DNA from: Sphaerodactylus townsendi
Lineage: Eukaryota
Length of the DNA: 64,000 bases
NCBI RefSeq assembly: GCF_021028975.2
Contig: NC_059428.1
Location: 151,218,001 to 151,282,000, forward strand
Direction of reading: 5' to 3'
A program made the position numbers and the translations under genes. Shown one piece after another: positions 1 to 10,952 of the stretch (position 1 is its first letter; the number at the start of each line of letters is the position of its first letter). The notes under the pieces were generated by a model. That model was not told where the DNA came from. It made no database searches and saw nothing but the letters and a program-made list of their open reading frames with translations.

Positions 1-357
1 AGGAGACCAAAAGTCCTTGATGTGTCATTCAATCGGCCTCTCCAGGTCCGCCTCATATCACAGCCTATCAGCCGCTCGGCCCCTTGGCATTTCCAGCCTG
101 TGACTCAATGAAGTCCTTTCCTGGATCTTATTGCAAGAACGCTCTCAGCCCTCCTTAACAAAAGCCAGAGGAGGAGAATTCAGACAGGTTAACTGAGTTA
201 AGAAGAGGTGCCAGACTGCAATTACCCACCTTTGACTTGAACCCTCCGGCGCAACCACCTAAGAACCTCTTTCATTCACTCACTGAGGGTGTGAGAGAGT
301 GCAGGGGAGAGAGATGTTGATTCATAGGATGGGGAGAGGTTGTTACCAGAGAGGCAG

Positions 358-600
358 CTTGTATATTGGAAGGACCCAGTAAGGCAATTACACACAACTT
401 GTATATTGCAAGGACCCAGTAAGGCAATTACACACAACTTGTATATTGCAATATTGCAACACATAACTTGTATATTGAAATATACACGGGCCCAATAAGG
501 CAATTGCATGCAACTTGTATATCGCAAGGACCCAGTAAGGCAATTTCACACAACTTGGATATTGCAAGGACCCAGTAAAGGAATTTCACACAACTTTTAT
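358..600. repeat. 40-bp minisatellite, ~6 degenerate copies
   Basis: Unit CTTGTATATTGCAAGGACCCAGTAAGGCAATTACACACAA is repeated in tandem, with one disrupted copy. Confidence 0.9.
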
Positions 601-961
601 GAGCTCATGGCCCCCTTTCAAATTCTGACCCAATGGTGGGTGCAACCACAAAATGCCACAGGAGGCGGAGTCAGCTGCCCAGTCTATTTATTTATAAATG
701 TGCAGAGGGGAAGAGTAGTAATTTTAAAATGCTATGACAAAGAAGAGCAAGAAAATAAAACCAGTACTGTGGTGGATGCAGCCTCTGAAATATTACTTTT
801 ATGATTATCTATGCATCCAATCTAATCTCCAGTAGCCAATCGGAAGCTCGGCTGGGCAACAACCATCACCTGGCCTCATCCACATTCTATGAACACCTGG
901 CTAAACTCCAGGAAAGGTGTGGAGTGACTATGATGCCCAAAGGTACCCCGTTGGGACCCCA

Positions 962-1257
962 GAATGGTGTAGTGGTTAAGAGCAGGTGCACTCTAATCTG
1001 GAGAACTGGGTTTGATTCCCTGCTCTGACACTTGAGATGTGGAGGCTTAGCTGGGGAACCAGATTAGCTTGTGCACTCCAACACATGCCAGCTGGGTGAC
1101 CTTGGGCTAGTCACAGTTCTTCAGAGCTCTCTCAGCCCCACCCACCTCACAGGGTGTTTGTTGAGGGGGGGGGAAGGGAAAGGAGTTTGTCAGCCCCTTT
1201 GAGTCTCCTATAGGAGAGAAAGAGGGGATATAAATCCAAACTTTTCTCTTCTTCTTC
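962..1257 (+). mobile_element. tRNA-derived SINE (Squam3-like)
   Basis: A box TGGTGTAGTGGTTAAGAGC, B-box-like GGGTTTGATTCCC, tail ATATAAATCCAAAC(TTC)n; many copies in the window. Confidence 0.85.
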
Positions 1258-1544
1258 TGGATAGATTAGGGTCTCTCATAGGTGCCATGATGGAATGTTG
1301 AAGACTTCTGTGGAATGCCTCTATTTTTTAATTTGTACATAGTTCATTTTGAATGCCTGGTAAGTGAATGGCATGGGTGGGTGGGGGAGCTAAAAACATA
1401 GCTGTCTCCCCTTCAGCACTGCAGGGCTGATTAGATGCTTTCCTCATCACAACACATCCTCAGCTCCACTCTACCAAGAAGATCTCCACCACATTAGTGG
1501 CTCCCTTGGGCAGCAGCAGTCGTACATCTAGTGCGGCATCAGAG

Positions 1545-1998
1545 GAAGAAGAAGAAGAGTTTGGATTTATACCCCACCTTTCTCTCCTGTAAGGCTTACA
1601 AGAGCGGTGGGATCCAAAAATTTTAATAACAGGTTCCGATGGTGGTAGGATTCAAACAGTGGCGGCGGCGCACACACGCACCTCCAGTCCCTATTGGGCA
1701 GGGAGGTTGCTTTAGTAACCCCTTCTTGGCACTCAGAAAAAATTAGTAACCACTTCTCTAGAACTGGTTGGATCCCACCTCTGGCTCACAAGCTCCTTTC
1801 CCTTCCTCTCCCCACAACAGACACCTTGTGAGACAGGTGGGGCTGAGAGAGTTCTCAGAGAACTGTGACTAGCCCAAGGTCACCAGAAACACATCTGGTT
1901 CACCAGATAAGCCTCTGCCACTCAGGTGGAGGAGTGGGGAATCAAACCCAGTTCTCCAGATTAGAATCCACCTGCTCTTAACCATGACACAACGCTGG
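1545..1998 (-). mobile_element. Squam3-like SINE interrupted by a DNA transposon
   Basis: (GAA)n tail at 1545 and head at ~1990; split by the element at 1602-1783. Confidence 0.8.
1602..1783. mobile_element. hAT-like MITE nested in a SINE
   Basis: TIRs ..GGTGGGATCC / GGATCCCACCTCTG; 8-bp TSD GCTTACAA / GCTCACAA. A second copy lies at 5370-5532. Confidence 0.8.
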
Positions 1999-4132
1999 CT
2001 CTCACGCTGGAGAATTCTGGTCAGCATCTTCTCTATTTCTCCCACGAGTTACCAGATACCCACCATAAATATGTCCAAATCCCCTTTGAAAGTCATGTAC
2101 ATTTGGGCCCACAAGCATTGAAAGCAATTCCTCTTGGATTCAGAGCACTGCCGATATAAAAAGGATGGGCTTGCTTGTGGTCACATCTTGATTAGTAAAG
2201 TTCCAAAAGCACACAATAAAATAGTGGTGCTGATAATTCAGCACCGGGGGAACAAACACAGGCTGGAAAGCTTATCTTTCCGCTATCCCAGGGACAATGT
2301 AATGGAAACTTCTTAAACCAATTACTGGGAAGGAAATCGAGCTGCCAAATGCATTAAAGCTCACAGGTACTTGCTGATATATTACGATAAAGGCTCAGAC
2401 GGTTAAATGAATAAAGGTATTTAATGGACAGCACACAAGAAAAACGAGAGGATGCTACAGAGCCATTAGCAGGGAGTGGGGTCGTTTTTGGTTTCCGACG
2501 AGACCCAAATATTACCTTCCAGACCTTCCAATACACCAATTCCACAGCGTGGAAATGGGATTGAATGTCGGAGAATGGTGTCATTCCAAACAACTCCACA
2601 GCAAAACAATGCTGTCACCTCCCTTGTCCTCTTGACTAAAATCAAATAAATCTGCAACCGGTTGGCCATCAAATACCTACCAATGGATAGTAGAAAATTC
2701 CGCTCACATTACTTTGAGACTTTGGTCTAGGACACCGAAGCACATTCGCCACAGCGCGACAACTAATAATGAGCGTTGTCCATATTGCAGACTCAATTTG
2801 CGAGTTCTCAGAGGCCCAACAGATCACCCCATTTGAACAAATTACTACCAACTGGGGGGTTTGTTCCTGCAGAGTTTTATGTCCCTGTGAAATCAGTTGT
2901 GTGCGGCAGTAATTCCAGATGCTCCCATCTGAAACACAAGTTAGTAGAAACAGCAGGGCAGCCCACCACAGACCCAACAGAGAAGCAGGGCTAATAAATA
3001 CACCTGAATTTATTTCTGCAAATAAATAATGCCGTTATTATGCCACCACGATTGCTGCTGTTCGTATTTCTTAATAGAATTAGGATGATTTTATGTCTTT
3101 GTTTGTTTTCCTGTCAAGTCACAGGCAACTTATGGCGACCTCATGGGGTTTTCAAGGCAAGAGATGTGTAGCAACCTTGAACTTCCTCAGTGACCCTGTG
3201 TAGGAACCTTGAACTTCCTCTGTGTAGCAACCTTGAGGCACAAAGATCCCCCAGCCAAATACTAACCAGGGTTGTCCCTGTGTAGAAGAAGAGTTTGGAT
3301 TTACACCCCACTTTTCTCAACTGACAGGAGTCTCAAAGCAGCTGAAAAATTCCTTTCCCTTCCTCTCTCCACAACAGACACCTTGTGAGGCAGGTGGGGC
3401 TGAGAGAGTCCTGAGAGAACTGTGACTGGCCCACGGTCACCCAACGAGAATGTAGGAACAGGGAAACAGGTCATTGATTTCAATGGAACGCTGTAATCTT
3501 ACATGTATGACTTCCTTGCCAGTTGAAGGCCATCATTCCACCCTCTATGCCACATTAGAGAGGTGATCAAATATTGATTGGCAGAATTGACTTACGTTCT
3601 ATCTATGAAGCTGCTAGACACGATAAGGAATCCAGCGCCTCTCCAAACGAGCAGCTCCCAAAACCCTGTTAAAAAAGAAAATAAACCACTTTCTTAAAAA
3701 TCTCTTGCCTAAAACCGCACGGCAGATTTAGCATTATTTTTTCCCACTTGGGTCTTCAAGAAGTGAGTTAGGAGCAAGAAGAAGTGTGTCCATAGGTTGA
3801 GGAGAAGTTACATAAGTGTGAATTTCTCCTGTAAGCACGTTTGGCTTGCTTCCCTGCTGGTCTCACCTCTTGTGATTTAAAGCACATCAATGCACAGAGA
3901 GGCATGAAGAGAGTATGGGCACTGGCTCTCATCCTTTGCTTTTCCAAACATCCCTCCCTTACAGGGAAGGAGCTCATGAGAGTACACTTCCTCCAAGCAC
4001 AAACTGTGTGCTCACAATCTCAACAAGAGGCACGGTCAGTATATACATACAGTACTCCGCCTCTATATTGTACATGAAGGGTTATGGCTAAGGCCCTTCT
4101 GCATGCTAAATAAGTTATATGCAGTAAGTAAT

Positions 4133-4580
4133 AAGGCCTTTATTGGCATATACAAGATGACACAGTAATACTTATAAAATACACAATGAGCTGAAACACA
4201 TTTGTTCAGCTAAAAAGCGCAATTGGCAAATGTAAAATTATATAGTATTGCTAGCCATTTGAAAGTTAGTATCCATCTAGGCTTGTGTCTATAACGTTTA
4301 ACAGAGATGTCATTACGTTCTCACAAACAGTGGGATCGAGGTTGTCCAAGATTAGAGGAATCTTAAGAGCATCAGTTAATTGGTTGTATAGGAGTCAAGA
4401 CAAGGAGGATTGGTTCGTTCTAACTTTAGCAAATCTTGCACAATGAAAGAGAGTATGACCGAGTGTCTCGATTTGGCCCGAATTGCATGGACATAGCTTC
4501 CTTTCTTTGTCTATTTGTTGGTATCTACCATAGAGAAGCATGGAGGGCATTATGTTAAATCAGGCAAGCGTCATAATATG
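4133..4580 (-). mobile_element. RTE-X-like LINE 3' fragment (degenerate)
   Basis: Minus translation MTLA*FNIMPSMLLYGRYQQIDKERKLCPCNSGQIETLGHTLFHC is homologous to the 6.6-7.3 kb LINE and has the same 3' end TATGCCAATAAAGGC. Confidence 0.8.
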
Positions 4581-5369
4581 CTATATGAATTCACATCCAT
4601 ATGTACCACCCCAAGGTAAGTCTTTCAAAAGCACAATCTTTGGCAATAGCTCTCGCCACGTGCGGGCACACTCGCACAACTTATTTGCCACCCCTAAAAT
4701 GGTGCTGTAAATGCACCCCAAAAAAACATGTGAATTGCCCCTTGAACATGCACCACAGGGAAAAGTATCATTTGAATGAATTCTTACAGAGCACAGCATG
4801 AAGTCTGTTCATGCTACTACAAGGAAAGATAAACGAAGCCCAGAGAGCATTAGTATGCATCCTTCTAACCAAAACAAGAGGGCTGATTTTCATCACCCTC
4901 CCCCTCCCCCCAGTATTAAATAAGAAAGGGAGGGGAAGGCAATTAACCAAATGTGCCCCCAGATTCGATCTGATTAAGTGCAATGATAAAAAAAAATAAC
5001 TCCACTGCCCTCTTGCCATTTATTAGATGTTTACCTTGCAAACAAATGCCAAAGATAGACAGGATGTCTCAGAAAAGGTAAAACAATTAGATACAGGGAC
5101 ATTTGCCCTGGAAGGAAATGTCACTGTCGCTAATCTTATGGCCAGGAGCTAGCAATCCCCAGCTGCTGTTTTCCTTCCGTCCAAATCCATGAGGTACCTC
5201 AAAGCCACAAATACGTGACTCAGAATCTTGGGGGGCTGCCTCCCCCTCCACTCACTGATGCTCTTCTCTGTTTGAACAATAAAATCACATGTACCAGATC
5301 AACACAACACTCCTAGAACAGAAGTGACAAGAAGCAGGAAAACTAAGATGACTTGGATACTAGGATATT

Positions 5370-5532
5370 CAGTGGTGGGATCCAAAAATTTTAATAACAG
5401 GTTCCGATGGTGGTGGATTCAAACAGTCCCTATTGGGCAGGGAGGTTGCTTTAGTAACCCGTTCTCGGCACTCAGAAAAAATTAGTAACCACTTCTAGAG
5501 AAGTGGTGAGAACTGGTTGGATCTCACCTCTG
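5370..5532. mobile_element. hAT-like MITE (same family as 1602-1783)
   Basis: CAGTGGTGGGATCC...GGATCTCACCTCTG; internal sequence nearly identical to 1602-1783. Confidence 0.8.
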
Positions 5533-5597
5533 GATGTGATAGTGTGAGAGTCCTGCCGATAATGCAGATGATAAAAGGTCTTATCTAATTACTGATT

Positions 5598-6152
5598 NNN
5601 NNNNNNNNNNNNNNNNNNNNNNNNNNNNNNNNNNNNNNNNNNNNNNNNNNNNNNNNNNNNNNNNNNNNNNNNNNNNNNNNNNNNNNNNNNNNNNNNNNNN
5701 NNNNNNNNNNNNNNNNNNNNNNNNNNNNNNNNNNNNNNNNNNNNNNNNNNNNNNNNNNNNNNNNNNNNNNNNNNNNNNNNNNNNNNNNNNNNNNNNNNNN
5801 NNNNNNNNNNNNNNNNNNNNNNNNNNNNNNNNNNNNNNNNNNNNNNNNNNNNNNNNNNNNNNNNNNNNNNNNNNNNNNNNNNNNNNNNNNNNNNNNNNNN
5901 NNNNNNNNNNNNNNNNNNNNNNNNNNNNNNNNNNNNNNNNNNNNNNNNNNNNNNNNNNAAGGAAGTGGGAGGAGAGGGNNNNNNNNNNNNNNNNNNNNNN
6001 NNNNNNNNNNNNNNNNNNNNNNNNNNNNNNNNNNNNNNNNNNNNNNNNNNNNNNNNNNNNNNNNNNNNNNNNNNNNNNNNNNNNNNNNNNNNNNNNNNNN
6101 NNNNNNNNNNNNNNNNNNNNNNNNNNNNNNNNNNNNNNNNNNNNNNNNNNNN
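5598..6152. other. Assembly gaps (N runs 5598-5958 and 5979-6152)
   Basis: N characters with a 20-bp sequence island between them. Confidence 0.99.
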
Positions 6153-6599
6153 CTAAATTAAACCTGCCGAACACTTTCCGCCCAAAGCTGCCATGTGAAC
6201 AAGTCATGACTTTGTTACTCCATGAGTTGTAACCCAGCAGGTCATTGTTTATAACATCTAGCAGTGGCTCCATCAGATGCCCTGGAGGACCAACAAACAG
6301 GTCACAGAGGCCAACTTCACCTCATTTTTTTAATCACGTAAAGCTGTTTTGTGCTGGGTCAGACCATTGCTCAATCACAGTCAGTACTGTTTGCTGTGAC
6401 TAGTAGGAATTCAAGATGAAAGTCTTTCACGTTGCCTTCTACCTGATCCTTTCAACTGGAAATGCTGGAGACTGCTCTTGGACCTTCTGCACACAAAACA
6501 CATGCTCTACGTGTCCTACTGAAGATGGCTACCAAGTAATCCCATGGCTGTGCTTTGATTGTATCTTCCTGCATGGCAGGGGATTGGACTTGATGGCCC

Positions 6600-7408
6600 C
6601 CTATGCAGCTCTGTGTCTGGAGTTAGGTCAAAACTCCTTGGAATCAGCCGCTTGGCTGAGGGCTTTTAGATTCTGGCTGCGAATTCATTTTCTCTCAGAC
6701 TGTAATTCCCTGGTCCACCGGGCCTGCTCTTCTGGACACCCTATCTCCAACCCCTGGTTTCTTCTCCTGCTAATTGAAGAAAAAATGGCCTCTATTGGAC
6801 TGTCAGTGGATTCACTTTGCCCTTTGTCCTATTCAGAAGCTTATAGAAAAATTAAAGGTCAACTATTGGATAGAGAGTTCTCTATCCTAATCACCGCAGC
6901 CAAGAAAACGTGCTCCCCCCTGTATTTTTCTCTCCCATTTGTACGGGGCCACTTGGTACACTACCTGTATTGCTTAATAAACCCTGCTCAAAGGAGAGCC
7001 ATAATGCTCGCCAGGTTTAATGTTATGCCTTCTGCTTTGTTACATGGCAGATTTAATAAGCAAGAAAAGGCTAAAAGATTGTGCCCATGTAATGATGGCT
7101 CAGATGAATCTCTGGCCCACCAATTACTACACTGTCTCAGATTCAAGGAAATCAGATCCAAGTATGTGAATCTTACTCCTTTACATTTACCCGATCTCCC
7201 CAATTTAATTAGATTACACTACTTGTTGGACAATCCTGATCCTTCTCTCTGTATGATAGTGGCAGACTTTCTCCTGGAAATTACTAAATGCCATTAGATT
7301 TCCTTCGACTTAACATTTATTTCCTGTATTGTATATGCTTTTTAATCCATTTTTAATTATTGCTGTACTGTTGTCTATGCCAATAAAGGCTTGCTAAAGT
7401 TTTTTAAA
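6600..7408 (+). mobile_element. 5'-truncated non-LTR retrotransposon (RTE-X-like), ORF2 C-terminus with CCHC zinc knuckle
   Basis: Open frame to 7297: RRAIMLARFNVMPSALLHGRF..KRLCPC..ESLAHQLLHC..F..IRSKY. 3'UTR with AATAAA; 14-bp TSD GGACTTGATGGCCC (6586-6599 / 7409-7422) inside a CR1 3' end. Confidence 0.85.
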
Positions 7409-7450
7409 GGACTTGATGGCCCTTGTGGTTTCTTCCAACTCTATGGTTCT

Positions 7451-7742
7451 AAGAAGAAGAAGAGTTGGATTTATATCCCCCCGTTCTCTCCTGTAGGAGA
7501 CTCAAAGGAGCTTAAAATCTCCTCTCCCTTCCCCCCTCGCAACAAACACCCTGTGAGGTGTGTGGGGCTGAGAGAGCTCCAAAGAGCTGTGACTAGCCCA
7601 AGATCACCCAGCTGGCAGTGTGCACAGGCTAATCTGAATTCCCCAGATAAGCCTCCACAGCTCAGGCAGCAGAGTTGGGAATCAAACCCGGTTCCTCCAG
7701 ATGAGAGTACAATTGCTCTTAACCACTACCCCACTGCTGCTC
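7451..7742 (-). mobile_element. Squam3-like SINE
   Basis: Full reverse-complement copy with (GAA)n tail. Confidence 0.85.
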
Positions 7743-8255
7743 CATCACTTAGCTACATGAGTCCCAGATTCCCCTGGGACTGCCAAGATTTTGATCAAGA
7801 ACCAAGATGGGTTAACTTACAGCAACCAAGTAGACCTCCTGACTTTCATAAGTTATGAGCTTGCTGGTTTATCTTTTGGGAGTTCTGAATCTGACAACAA
7901 GTCTCTAATGCGATTCTCAAAAGAAAATCTCAAAGATGACTTTTCCTTTGATCATGCAGCCATAACAAATCTCACACAGAGCACAACCTTGCTTTGGTTG
8001 GTCCATGCTCCCTTGAGCTATTTTCATCCGTCAGTAATATGGTCAATATGCATCTCTTTCCCACACCATGTAGTTTCACTGAAAAACAGCCACAAGGTGA
8101 AGAATGAGCCTGCCTTCGTGGCGTCATTCCCATGAATAGTAAGAGAAAAGGGATTTGAAAGAAGTGCTAACTTTGGCTATTCCTAAGAACCAGGAAACAA
8201 AAGCAAAGGAAGAGGTGAACCCTGTGCATAACTTATCTGGCAAGAAAGAAACAGA

Positions 8256-8396
8256 GGCTCATTCCACACATGCAGAATAGCGCACTTTCAAACTGCTTTC
8301 AGTGCTCTTTGAAGCTGTGCAGAATAGCAAAATCCACTTGCAAACAATTGTGAAAGTGGTTTGAAAACGCATTATTTTGCGTGTGCGGAAGGGGCC
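8256..8396. mobile_element. PIF/Harbinger-like MITE
   Basis: Imperfect TIRs GGCTCATTCCACACATGCA / TGCGTGTGCGGAAGGGGCC; 3-bp flanks AGA / TGA. Confidence 0.65.
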
Positions 8397-8538
8397 TGAG
8401 TTTTGGGTCAAGTGGCAAGGGACTGAGTCCATTTGGGAAACTGGCAAAAGGAGAAATTGAAATTCTGCTGATGCCAGCCAAATGGCATGGCCAAATGTGA
8501 ACTCTTGCAGCCCCAACCCAGCCAATCATTGTGGTTCT

Positions 8539-9212
8539 AGGGAGTTGTGGATTTTCTGGGTTGTATAGCCATGTTCCTGTAGCTGTAAAAATCAGCAAAA
8601 GCAGAACACATGATAAATCAAGCTGGACATAGAATGTTATTTGAAAACACAGAAATTCTGGACAACTCTGACAGCCACTATGTCAGACCACACAGAGAAG
8701 TCAATGAAATCCACAAGCACATGGACAATTTCAACAGAAAGGAAGAAACTATGAAAATGAACCAAATTTGGCTATCAGTACTTAAAAACACTGGAATCAA
8801 GACAATGGTTAGTGAACACCACCCAGACACAGGATGTCTCTCTGCAGGAAGCAATTAAATGGATTAAAAAAACCAGGCAACTGCTATGCAGATGCCCTCA
8901 CTAATTGATTATGCAACTTCAGTGTTACATACATATGCTAAAATGGGTGGATCCCACTTAACACATGCAAATAACACTTGCAAATCACACCCTTAACACT
9001 TTTAACCAATGCAAATGGTTCTTTCTCCCACCCTGGACGTTCCACAGGTACACACACTCCACTTGCGTTACTACCATCAGATCCTCTGAAGATGCCAGCC
9101 TCAGATGCCGGCGAAACGTCAGGAGAAAATGCTACTGGAACACGGCCGTACAACCCGGAAAACCCACAACACTCCAGTGTGATTCCAGCCGTGAAAGCCT
9201 TCCACAATACAC
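8539..9212 (+). mobile_element. Truncated Penelope-like element: inverted pLTR piece + GIY-YIG endonuclease C-terminus + pLTR
   Basis: Translation KSAKAEHMINQAGHRMLFENTEILDNSDSHYVRPHREVNEIHKHMDNFNRKEE..NQIW fits the PLE endonuclease tail. 8539-8585 is an inverted copy of 9130-9177. TSD TGTGGTTCT (8530-8538 / 9213-9221). Confidence 0.85.
9082..9124 (+). ncRNA. Minimal type-I hammerhead ribozyme motif in the Penelope pLTR
   Basis: TCCT-CTGAAGA-T-GCCAGC-CTCAGAT-GCCGGC-GAAA-CGTC-AGGA: helix I TCCT/AGGA, core CUGANGA/GAAA, GUC cleavage triplet, loopless palindromic helix III (ACGU). Confidence 0.7.
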
Positions 9213-10167
9213 TGTGGTTCTGCTTCAGACCAATGACCATCACAGAATCTACAATAAGGAGCACTGACACACACTACTAAGAGTTGTGAGAGATTGTTTC
9301 CATGCACTTAGATCGCTGGGGAAAGCTGCAACTCAGTGGCCGCACACGTGCCTGGCATGAGAAAAGTCCCAACTTCACTCTCTGGCATCCACAGTCAAAG
9401 GATCTCTGAAGGAATAGAAAATAGGCTCTTCCTAATAGGTACAGTTAATCCTGAGCTCTGACATGGTACAACCTGGAATTGCAGCAATATACCACTCCTG
9501 GAGAAATTCTAAATCCTTTTTCACTGTTGAGTTGTTACTGTACACTGTCATTAACCCAAGCCCCAAAGGAGCTGTCTTTCTGAATTACCCTGGTGGTCTG
9601 TTTTATTTCTGTAATAAAAGAAAACAAGATTTATAGAAGTAAAAGGCCTATGGGGTTTAATCCCGCCCTTCCCCCCACAAAACAAACAAACAAACAAGCA
9701 CATTTCTGCAAAGTCTTCACAGATTCCAAAAGGAGTTTGGGCTTTGGCTGTTCTTTATCAATATAAACTCTAGTTTCAGAGGGCGGCCAGGTGCTCTGCA
9801 GGAAAACAGCTAGATCTGAATCTGGTAGCAACTTAGAGGCCCACAAGAAGTTTGGGAAATTCTTGGAGATTTGGCGTCAGAGCCTAGGAAGGTGAAGCTT
9901 GGGAGAGGGACCTCTTAGCAGGATATAATGCCATAAAGCCCACTTTCCAAATCTACCATGTCCATTAGGAGAGAACTGATCTCAGTAGTCTGGTTATCAG
10001 TTTGTAATTCTGGGAGAATTCCCGGTCCCTATTGGAGGCTGGCAATCCTGATACGGCTGCAGGAAGAAGAACAGTTATACCCACTAATAAATGCAATAAA
10101 TGCTAGGAATAATGTGTAGAACACTGGGGAAGGCAGTGGCAAACCATCCCGTAACACAGTCTGACTA

Positions 10168-10429
10168 TTGTCAAAGGCTTTCACGGCCGGATTCAACTGG
10201 TTGTGGTGGGTTTTTCGGACTGTGTGGCCGTGGTCTGGTGGATCTTGTTCCTAATGTTTCATCTGCATCTGTGGCTGGCATCGTCAGAGGTGTATCACAG
10301 AGAGATACACAGTGTGTAACAGACTTCTCTCTGGGATACACCTCTGAAGATGCCAGTCACAGATGCAGGCAAAACAAGATCCACCAGACCACGGCCACAC
10401 AGCCTGGAAAACCCACCACAACCAACAAC
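10168..10429. mobile_element. Palindromic non-autonomous Penelope-derived element (two inverted pLTR/hammerhead arms)
   Basis: Arms 10198-10304 / 10327-10424 are reverse complements; CTGAAGATGCCAG core at 10344; 7-bp TSD CTGACTA (10161-10167 / 10430-10436). Confidence 0.8.
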
Positions 10430-10714
10430 CTGACTAGTTAAACACCCTGAGGTGATATCACCCTATTGGCCAGTAATCACTCAGTGCTTGCTCAGGGGAC
10501 TATTACCTTTACCTTTTATACCCCTAACACCCAGTGTGAAAACAGCCTCCAGTTATGACCATCAAACAGACACCTTCCTGGGCCAAAATTGTTTTTATTC
10601 TCCTCAGTGTGACACCATGAGAAAAGCAAACACCAGAGTTTCTACTTTCCCTTTAACTGCCCAGGCAGGGTAACCCTTTGGCAGACTTGGGACGTGTGGA
10701 GCCGCTCCTAAAAC

Positions 10715-10952
10715 TGGTTGCTGTGGGTTTTCCTGGCTTTGTGGCAGTGGTCTGGTAGATCTTGTTCCTAACATTTCGCCTGCATCTGTGGCTGGCAATG
10801 TGTGTTACACAGTGTGTTACACACTTCCCTCTGTGATACTCCTCTGAAGATGCCCCCCACAGATGCAGGCGAAATGTTATCTACCAAACCACGGCCACAC
10901 AGCCTGGAAAACCCACCACAACCAGTCGAATCTGGATGTAAGCCTTCGAGCA
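10715..10952. mobile_element. Second palindromic Penelope-derived element, opposite orientation
   Basis: Same family as 10168-10429; CCTCTGAAGATGCC..GCAGGCGAAATGTTA at 10841-10879; 10-bp TSD CTCCTAAAAC (10705-10714 / 10953-10962). Confidence 0.8.

Noticed and set aside
358-600. CRISPR-like periodic repeat
   Set aside because: Units are contiguous 40-bp tandem copies with no unique spacers, in a vertebrate genome: a minisatellite.
962-1025. tRNA gene-like sequence (also at other SINE heads)
   Set aside because: A/B boxes continue into a shared SINE body and tail; no full cloverleaf.
4581-4760. Possible inverted 5' piece of the adjacent LINE (KAQSLAIAL motif)
   Set aside because: Resemblance is too weak and frameshifted to support without an alignment.
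5581-6273. 230-aa and 63-aa ORFs
   Set aside because: Artefacts of reading through N gaps.
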